Of a stretch of DNA of 64,000 nt, positions 57,712-64,000 are shown piece by piece; positions within the stretch are counted from its first letter, which is position 1, and every line of letters begins with the position of its first letter. The notes under the pieces were generated by a model. The model made no database searches. It had not been told where the DNA came from and saw only the letters and a list, made by a program, of their open reading frames with translations. The position numbers were made by a program, and so were the translations under genes. The stretch is taken from IMG/VR virus record IMGVR_UViG_3300018080_008436, positions 372,001-436,000 of that record; one strand, 5' to 3'.

Positions 57712-60188
57712 TCATCAACTTTCTTACTGATACTCTGTTCACCAAGTTCGCCATCTGAGAGAACATCAACAGCATCAATAATAGTATCTGGATTAATAGT
57801 GTCATCAGATGCAATTACTCTCAACTTGTTAACAAGACAGTGTTCGACTTCAGTTGGGGAAGCAGTTGCAACTTTTACGTTTTTGGCGTTCCAATAGGAT
57901 GATCGCTTCGAAAAAGAAGCAGATTCAGAAGATTGAGGTTCTTCTAACAAAGATCCTGCTAATCTTACACGTTCCTTAGTGGTTGCAACGCAGTTGTTCG
58001 CAATTTCTTGCAATTCTTGTGGGGTTGCTCCAGTTTCAAGGGAAACCTCTGCAAACGCTTCAACGACAGCATCCATGTGTTCCTTAGCGGACTTAAATAG
58101 AGATGCATCTCTGTTGGCCTGACGTGCCCATGCAGGATCGACATTGTCTAACTGCTTCTGGGTGATTACTTCAGGCTCATTGTTGGTACGATAGCCTTCA
58201 CTATCCAATTGTTTTTGGGTGACAGTATGTTTGTCCTCATCCTTACGGGGAGATACACCATTACTATCATTATCCAATTGTTTTTGGGTAATGACTTCAG
58301 GTTCGTCATCCTGTCTGGGGTTCAGCTTCAACTCGCTGTCATCCAACTGTTTCTCAGTGATAACTTCTTTTTCACCTTTTCTTGGACTCGCGTTATCATT
58401 GCTGTCCAGTTGTTTTTGTGTGATGACCTGCTGTTCTTCCCCAGTGCGACCGTGATACAACTCGGATCTGTGATCTTCGAGTTGTTTCTGAGTGATCACT
58501 TCTGGAGTTGCAAGAACGGTATTGGCACCAGCCTCTTTAGTTTCTTTACTCATTCTTTCTACTCCTTCTCTTGGATTTGTTTTGGCGAATAAATCTAAAA
58601 ATTGATGAGCCGCTACTTTTGGCGACTCACTGATTAAATTCTTATCTTGATCTGACAGATCGTCATAGGTCCAAATTTGCATTCTGTCAGAGTTAGTGTC
58701 CTCCGCGACGATGATAAATGAATCGTCTCTATTTTTCACTGCGAGTTTTAAATTACCAATTTGCATTGATGGTACTTCTTTTATATACTCAAAAAAGCTT
58801 TGTTTTTCCTGCCACGAGTCAGATAAAACTTGCATAGCTTTTTCACGTTGTTTTTCTTTACTAGCTACGGTTCGTCTTTTTCCCATAGATTTAACTCCCG
58901 TTTTATTCATTTTATCGCACAGACTCGCGGCCTTTTGCAAAACAGAAGCTCCGAACTCATAATGATCTACGGCCTCATCTGCGACTCTCCTAATTAAATG
59001 TGAACTCTGGGCGGCTGGACGCATAGGTGCGGTAATAGGCATCTGCGGTGTATTTACTGGAGGTTGCCCTGGCGCTCCAGTTGTCGTTCCAACTTCCATC
59101 GCTTGTTCTGAAGCAACTGGCATTGGTGCGGCATCTCTTGGAGCCGTTTCCAATCCCCCTCCTGGTGTTGGTGGTACTTCCCCTGTTGGAGGCATACCTT
59201 CTTCTGGAGCGTTACCCTCGGTTCCAGGAACCTGAGATTCAACACTTCCATATCCAGCCCCTACTAATTCATCTGACCAAGTTTGTAGACTAGCAATAAT
59301 ATCTACTAAATCACTTGCAAATTCAACTTCAACTTGTTGTCGGTTCTTAATCAAGTTAACAGCAATGTTCTCTAATGTTTCAAGAACCTGATTAATCTGA
59401 TCAATTTCTTCCTGACTTGCATTTTTCTCAAGTGCCGCAGTCTTAATCATTCTAAGGTAATTCTCAACATTGGCAACTCTTGCAAGATAATCATCGTTTG
59501 GAATTATACCTTCAATATGGCAACTTGGGCAAGCAGGATCAACAACTCCACTTAACTCAATAAACTTGATCCCATAATTATGTTCAAATACTGGTTCGTC
59601 TTTGAATTCCTTCACTTCGCCAGTTCTAACGTTTCTGGCCCTACCAGTAAATTTTCTGCTCTTTCTATTTCTAATATGTTCGCAGTAATCTTCAGTTCTC
59701 TCAGCTTTGTTTTCGCAAATACTGCAAGTACTGTATTCAACTGAAGCACCCATGGAGACTCCAGTCATATATCCTTGTTCAATACCGCGACAAATATGAG
59801 GATAAGCATCTCTATCTACAAAAGCTATTGTATAAACAGCATTATCATCTTCGTTCCATTCGGCCCAGATGATCTTACCTTTAGCCTTTTCTATATCTTG
59901 ATTTTCATGATTGGTAAAGAAAGGGACACCTTCGAAACTCTTATAAGCTTTAAGCAATTCTTCTTTCGAAAATGAATCACCATTACTATTAGGTTCGTCA
60001 GCTTTGATTGCTTTAGCCCTGAAAAATAAAGCATTTGGATGCTTTGTAATTTCTGCTTGAACAATCTTTTCTTTCTCTGAACCAGGCTCTATCAAAACTC
60101 TGCCAGAGGCAGTTTTAATCATAACCTCGTCTTCCTTAGAAATTTGCTCTACAGGACAAGGTTCGGTTAAAGCAACTTTTATTAACAT
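57687..60188 (-). CDS. Prohead (capsid maturation) protease with Zn finger and EVITQKQLD repeats
   Basis: NSNGDSF, FFTNH, KGKII, GVSMGA, CSICEN...YCEHI, FIELSGVVDPA; upstream of the capsid genes. Confidence 0.8.
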   Translation of the reverse strand: MLIKVALTEPCPVEQISKEDEVMIKTASGRVLIEPGSEKEKIVQAEITKHPNALFFRAKAIKADEPNSNGDSFSKEELLKAYKSFEGVPFFTNHENQDIEKAKGKIIWAEWNEDDNAVYTIAFVDRDAYPHICRGIEQGYMTGVSMGASVEYSTCSICENKAERTEDYCEHIRNRKSRKFTGRARNVRTGEVKEFKDEPVFEHNYGIKFIELSGVVDPACPSCHIEGIIPNDDYLARVANVENYLRMIKTAALEKNASQEEIDQINQVLETLENIAVNLIKNRQQVEVEFASDLVDIIASLQTWSDELVGAGYGSVESQVPGTEGNAPEEGMPPTGEVPPTPGGGLETAPRDAAPMPVASEQAMEVGTTTGAPGQPPVNTPQMPITAPMRPAAQSSHLIRRVADEAVDHYEFGASVLQKAASLCDKMNKTGVKSMGKRRTVASKEKQREKAMQVLSDSWQEKQSFFEYIKEVPSMQIGNLKLAVKNRDDSFIIVAEDTNSDRMQIWTYDDLSDQDKNLISESPKVAAHQFLDLFAKTNPREGVERMSKETKEAGANTVLATPEVITQKQLEDHRSELYHGRTGEEQQVITQKQLDSNDNASPRKGEKEVITEKQLDDSELKLNPRQDDEPEVITQKQLDNDSNGVSPRKDEDKHTVTQKQLDSEGYRTNNEPEVITQKQLDNVDPAWARQANRDASLFKSAKEHMDAVVEAFAEVSLETGATPQELQEIANNCVATTKERVRLAGSLLEEPQSSESASFSKRSSYWNAKNVKVATASPTEVEHCLVNKLRVIASDDTINPDTIIDAVDVLSDGELGEQSISKKVDEKLLKPLQ

Positions 60189-60189
60189 A

Positions 60190-63100
60190 TTATCTTCCTT
60201 TTCTAAGATTCTTCGAGAACTTCTTTGCTAACCTTAAGAGTTCTAAAGATTCATGTGATTTTCCTTCATTGTCCAATTCTTGGGACAACTTTATGATGTT
60301 TTTAAGAGCGTCAGTCGATGCCTGTGGGCCATCATCATCGTCATCATCCACATCAAAATCTTCTTGAAGACCATCAAGAAGTCCAGGCAATGCAGGTGTT
60401 GCAGGTTGTTTTGCAGGAGGTTGCTCCCTTCTTTCCCCAGGTTGTTCTACGACATCGACTTCTCTGTCAATAACAACCTCTGGCAAATCAGGTGTTACTT
60501 CTTCAGGACCTTCAGGACCTTCAGGAACAACCTCTTCAGCGCCATCACCAACATCATTTATTTCGAAATCTTCTTGATCCAACAAATCTCCTTCATCAAG
60601 TACCTGTTCAAGCTCAAGTGCAACCTGATCCAACATATCTTGATCAACATCATGAACTCCTCTCATATAAGCGAGGTCTTCTGTGTTAATTCTAATCATT
60701 GCTTCGTCACCATATATCTCTTCGAAATATTTTCTCATGGTTTCATCACTTCTGATTGTTCTGTATAACTTTCTTTGAGCAGGTGTTCTGGCATAGAATT
60801 CATATGCCAATTGATTTGAAGTTACATTGTCTGCTGGAGGTCTCTGGAATACCAACGCAATTCTTTGAATATTCTTGTCCCCATTCTCATCCATAGATAT
60901 CAGTGGAGTCTTGGTCCCTGGATCTGTAAGTCTCGTTCCTTTCTCAACAAACTCAAAAGCCATTGTTTCAGTTATTTCTCCAACATCAAGAAATGCATCT
61001 AACAAACTATTATGAACTCCAAATTGACTCATTTCTTGTTTATCTTCATCCCAAACAATACTAACAGCATTGCCAACATCTTCATCGGCACCTTTCTTTG
61101 TTCTCTTGCCATCAATTTGTTTTTGTCGTCTATAAACCTTTTCCATTTCATGAGCATAACTTCTTGCTTTCTTGGCTATGTCTTTTATTTCAGAATCAAT
61201 TTGAATTTGTTCCCCATTTTCCCCTTCTTCAACATATGGTCTAAATGGCTCCAATTCTTTTATTTGTAAAGGTACATCTAATTGCCTTGCTCGAATAGCC
61301 CTTGTCATCATTGCTCTAACCTGACTTGGGAGAAACTTATTGGCATGTCCATTCTCATTAAGGAAGATTCGGCCCCTTTCTACAGAATCTTTATCTATCT
61401 GTTCTCTGGTGGTAATATTGTTCTCACCCATGAACTCAGCCAAAGTGTCTAAAGCATTTTTCTTATCGAAGAATTGCAATACTTTCTCCATAGGAGTTCT
61501 AACTGTATTCTCATTAAAGCATCTTGGGAAACCATTGGCATCCAAAAATCGGACTACAGTTTCGGCAGTACCTTGACCAACATGAGCAAAGTTATTTGCC
61601 TCCATACACTCAGCAACCTTCTTTTTAACAACTCTGTCCAAAACTTTAATCATTAATGGCTTTACATTACCCTTATTAAATAATGGAGTATAATTGTTAA
61701 ACTCATCTTTGTGTTTCTTTCTCTTACCCCTACCACTAGCACTTCCACCTGGGCCTTTGGGATCTCCACCAGCATTTAAGAAATCAACTACAACTTGCAT
61801 TGAGTCTTCACTTATCTCTTCTATATTTCTAGAAGCCATAAATTCAGCAATTTCAGCAATAAGATTCTTCTCATTCTTCACATTTGATTTAATCTGAAGG
61901 GCTGAGTTTCTTAAAGCGCTACTAGGTTTAATGAATGCATGAGTCTCACTCATTCTTTTGAAGTTCTTTCGCATAACATCAATACTTAATAACTTATCAA
62001 TGTCTTCTTCTGCCAATTCTCTCTCTTCTTCTGTAGAGTCAGGGTCGCTAATAATATCTTTGCGGTTTTTGATTTTTTCTTCAATTATGTTTTCATAGAA
62101 AGCAAATATATGAGTGACTAACTTATTAAAGATTCTGTTCCCACTATATCCATTAAGAGCGCCATCTTTAGAGAAGTTAAAGTTATCTAGGTTAAGAACT
62201 CCACCATTAGTAACCTGTTGTCTTGGATCTGGGTTATCTGCCTGTCGTTGACCTTCTTCCCATTCGTTCAGAGCTTCCTGCCTATCTTCAGAAACGCCAC
62301 CAATTCCAGTTAGGAAATTAACAAATGTTCTAAAATCACTTGTAAAATCAAACCCTGCTTGACCTGCTTGAGGGATTCCCCCAAGAAGTCTGTATCGGTA
62401 TCTCTCTCCACCAGTTATATTTTGATCTTGGAGATAGGATCTCACATAATGTAAAAGATCTTCATTGTATTGTTTGAACTCTTCCATTCCCATCATGTTA
62501 GCCAAAAGTTTCCTTAAACCATTTCTATTTAAGAACATTCTTGTTCCATTTGGAGAAATGATCATGTTATTCTCAGCGGCTTGATTGTAATTAGCGAAAG
62601 AATAGATCTGACAATCAGGATCATTCATATAATTTGCGGGTAAAGTAGAATCTCTTTTAAGAAGACGATTGTCTACCATAGGACCAACAGCTTTTTTCTG
62701 GAAGAATCTTGGACCTTCTGTCTTCTTATCAAGATTATAAATAGTTCTATAGTTAAAGATGTAGGAATAGTCATCCAATCCGAACTTCTGAATAAGAGGT
62801 GATGGACTCTCGGGATTGGTTAAGCTTTCCACTTGTTGTTCCTGAGTAACATGATCTTCTCCTAGATCTTGGAACATATCAAGTTTATGAATTTTGAGAT
62901 TCTTTTCTAATTCTTCATTCTCTCTGTTTGGAGCAGGGACTGGATAGGATCTATGGAATGCTTGGAATTTCCCAAATGCGTCTGCGTAATACAAACCTGC
63001 TAGGTTAAGAACTTGATCTCCTTGTATCTTTTTCCCTCTAACTTTTGCAAATGCGGCATCCTTAGCTTTTCTTTTAGCCACTTCATCGGCGGCTTCCTGA

Positions 63101-63999
63101 TCTTCATGTTTTGGATTTCTACGTTCTTCTTCTTGAATGTTTGGCAATAACATTTGATAGAAGTGATCTTGAACCATCCCTTGAATTTGTCCAGATGACT
63201 TTTTGAGAAGTTGTATGATTGTTCCCATAGGGATATCTTCCCCATTTTCTGCATGGGGGTACATTCCCATAATACGCAATGCGTCACACAATCTACCGTT
63301 ATCCTCTGGGGCCATTAAATAAGGCCCAACATAAATAGCATGAAGACCATGATGTTTACTAAATCCGACATAAGTCTTAAAAATCTTTCTCATTTCTGCG
63401 GCACCAGCAGGATCAACTAATTCATCATCTTGACCCTCTTTCGCATCTCCATATCCATACTTTCTTTTATAGTATGCATATCTCTTCCTCTTCTCATCTT
63501 TGATGTCTTGTAATGCGCCTTCGAATGACGGGTTGTCTGCTATAAACTCTTTCAAGTCATCAGCTTCGTCTAGCATAATCGCTTCATATGGAACCCAAAT
63601 ATAATCGACTCTGTATCTAAGAGCGTCTGCGCCCATAGCTTCTTTAATAATTACATCGATATTGAACGATTCTAGTTTCTTTTCTCTCTCTTCTTCCCTC
63701 TCTTCCTTTTTCTCTCTCTTGGCTTTCCAATCATTCACTTTCTGAGAAAGTCCATGGAGTTGTTTTGAGGTATAAGGTTTCAAGCTACTGGGGGTGGGGA
63801 CTCCCCAAGTTTCTTTAGCATATTTAGCGGCTGAGTCTAAACTGTCGAAATATTTTCCACCAGCAGAGTAAGTAGCGGGTAGCTTTCTTACGCCTGCGAA
63901 GAATTTAGCTCTAGGAGCGTGTACTTTAGCTGGTCCAATAATACAATAGTATCCGTCACCATTTGGGGCTTGCCCTTCAAAACGGAAATAACTGCCTGG
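60190..63999 (-). CDS. Large hypothetical head-associated protein (partial; frame open to right edge)
   Basis: The frame continues upstream of the TTG at 63783 without stops (PGSYFRFEGQAPNGDGYYCIIGP...); C-terminal LKNIIKLSQELDNEG. Confidence 0.65.
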   Translation of the reverse strand, partial: PGSYFRFEGQAPNGDGYYCIIGPAKVHAPRAKFFAGVRKLPATYSAGGKYFDSLDSAAKYAKETWGVPTPSSLKPYTSKQLHGLSQKVNDWKAKREKKEEREEEREKKLESFNIDVIIKEAMGADALRYRVDYIWVPYEAIMLDEADDLKEFIADNPSFEGALQDIKDEKRKRYAYYKRKYGYGDAKEGQDDELVDPAGAAEMRKIFKTYVGFSKHHGLHAIYVGPYLMAPEDNGRLCDALRIMGMYPHAENGEDIPMGTIIQLLKKSSGQIQGMVQDHFYQMLLPNIQEEERRNPKHEDQEAADEVAKRKAKDAAFAKVRGKKIQGDQVLNLAGLYYADAFGKFQAFHRSYPVPAPNRENEELEKNLKIHKLDMFQDLGEDHVTQEQQVESLTNPESPSPLIQKFGLDDYSYIFNYRTIYNLDKKTEGPRFFQKKAVGPMVDNRLLKRDSTLPANYMNDPDCQIYSFANYNQAAENNMIISPNGTRMFLNRNGLRKLLANMMGMEEFKQYNEDLLHYVRSYLQDQNITGGERYRYRLLGGIPQAGQAGFDFTSDFRTFVNFLTGIGGVSEDRQEALNEWEEGQRQADNPDPRQQVTNGGVLNLDNFNFSKDGALNGYSGNRIFNKLVTHIFAFYENIIEEKIKNRKDIISDPDSTEEERELAEEDIDKLLSIDVMRKNFKRMSETHAFIKPSSALRNSALQIKSNVKNEKNLIAEIAEFMASRNIEEISEDSMQVVVDFLNAGGDPKGPGGSASGRGKRKKHKDEFNNYTPLFNKGNVKPLMIKVLDRVVKKKVAECMEANNFAHVGQGTAETVVRFLDANGFPRCFNENTVRTPMEKVLQFFDKKNALDTLAEFMGENNITTREQIDKDSVERGRIFLNENGHANKFLPSQVRAMMTRAIRARQLDVPLQIKELEPFRPYVEEGENGEQIQIDSEIKDIAKKARSYAHEMEKVYRRQKQIDGKRTKKGADEDVGNAVSIVWDEDKQEMSQFGVHNSLLDAFLDVGEITETMAFEFVEKGTRLTDPGTKTPLISMDENGDKNIQRIALVFQRPPADNVTSNQLAYEFYARTPAQRKLYRTIRSDETMRKYFEEIYGDEAMIRINTEDLAYMRGVHDVDQDMLDQVALELEQVLDEGDLLDQEDFEINDVGDGAEEVVPEGPEGPEEVTPDLPEVVIDREVDVVEQPGERREQPPAKQPATPALPGLLDGLQEDFDVDDDDDDGPQASTDALKNIIKLSQELDNEGKSHESLELLRLAKKFSKNLRKGR

Positions 64000-64000
64000 A

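Noticed and set aside
497-63287. Numerous short plus-strand and nested ORFs in the track
   Set aside because: They are antisense or out-of-frame shadows of long minus-strand genes, without RBS or motifs.
1-64000. Genome-wide TAG reassignment (code 15)
   Set aside because: ORFs up to 2077 aa are intact in code 11, coding density is high, and several genes end on TAG right before the next gene's RBS or start. In-frame TAGs were found only in the suppressor operon.

Overview
The window is about 37% GC and comes from a large tailed dsDNA phage (Caudoviricetes). It holds the virion morphogenesis region, almost all on the minus strand. In transcription order it contains: a very large protein running off the right edge; a prohead protease/scaffold split by a -1 frame discontinuity; a capsid decoration protein and an HK97-fold major capsid protein; a run of small accessory genes sharing an N-terminal MK(I/L)(I/V)(K/R)x(A/S) tag; an inverted 4-gene block with a CCA-adding enzyme; a GT4 glycosyltransferase; neck/head-tail genes and an actin-fold ATPase; tail tube, frameshifted tail chaperones and a 2077-aa tape measure; and tail-tip proteins with long Ser-rich tracts. 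No tail sheath is recognisable here. The most striking element is a self-contained operon at 36856-37864: a perfect TTGACA-N16-TATAAT promoter, an amber-suppressor tRNA (anticodon CUA), an 18-codon leader ORF with two in-frame TAGs ending R-G-P-P-TGA, a 125-aa ORF, a PTH2-like peptidyl-tRNA hydrolase with an in-frame TAG, and a terminator. The other genes read normally in code 11, so this looks like a stop-codon-readthrough-gated translation module rather than genome-wide recoding. A second layer is a sigma-H-like AGG-N19-GAAT motif found 13 times upstream of structural and tagged accessory genes. All calls come from reading the sequence and ORF track by eye; no database searches were run.
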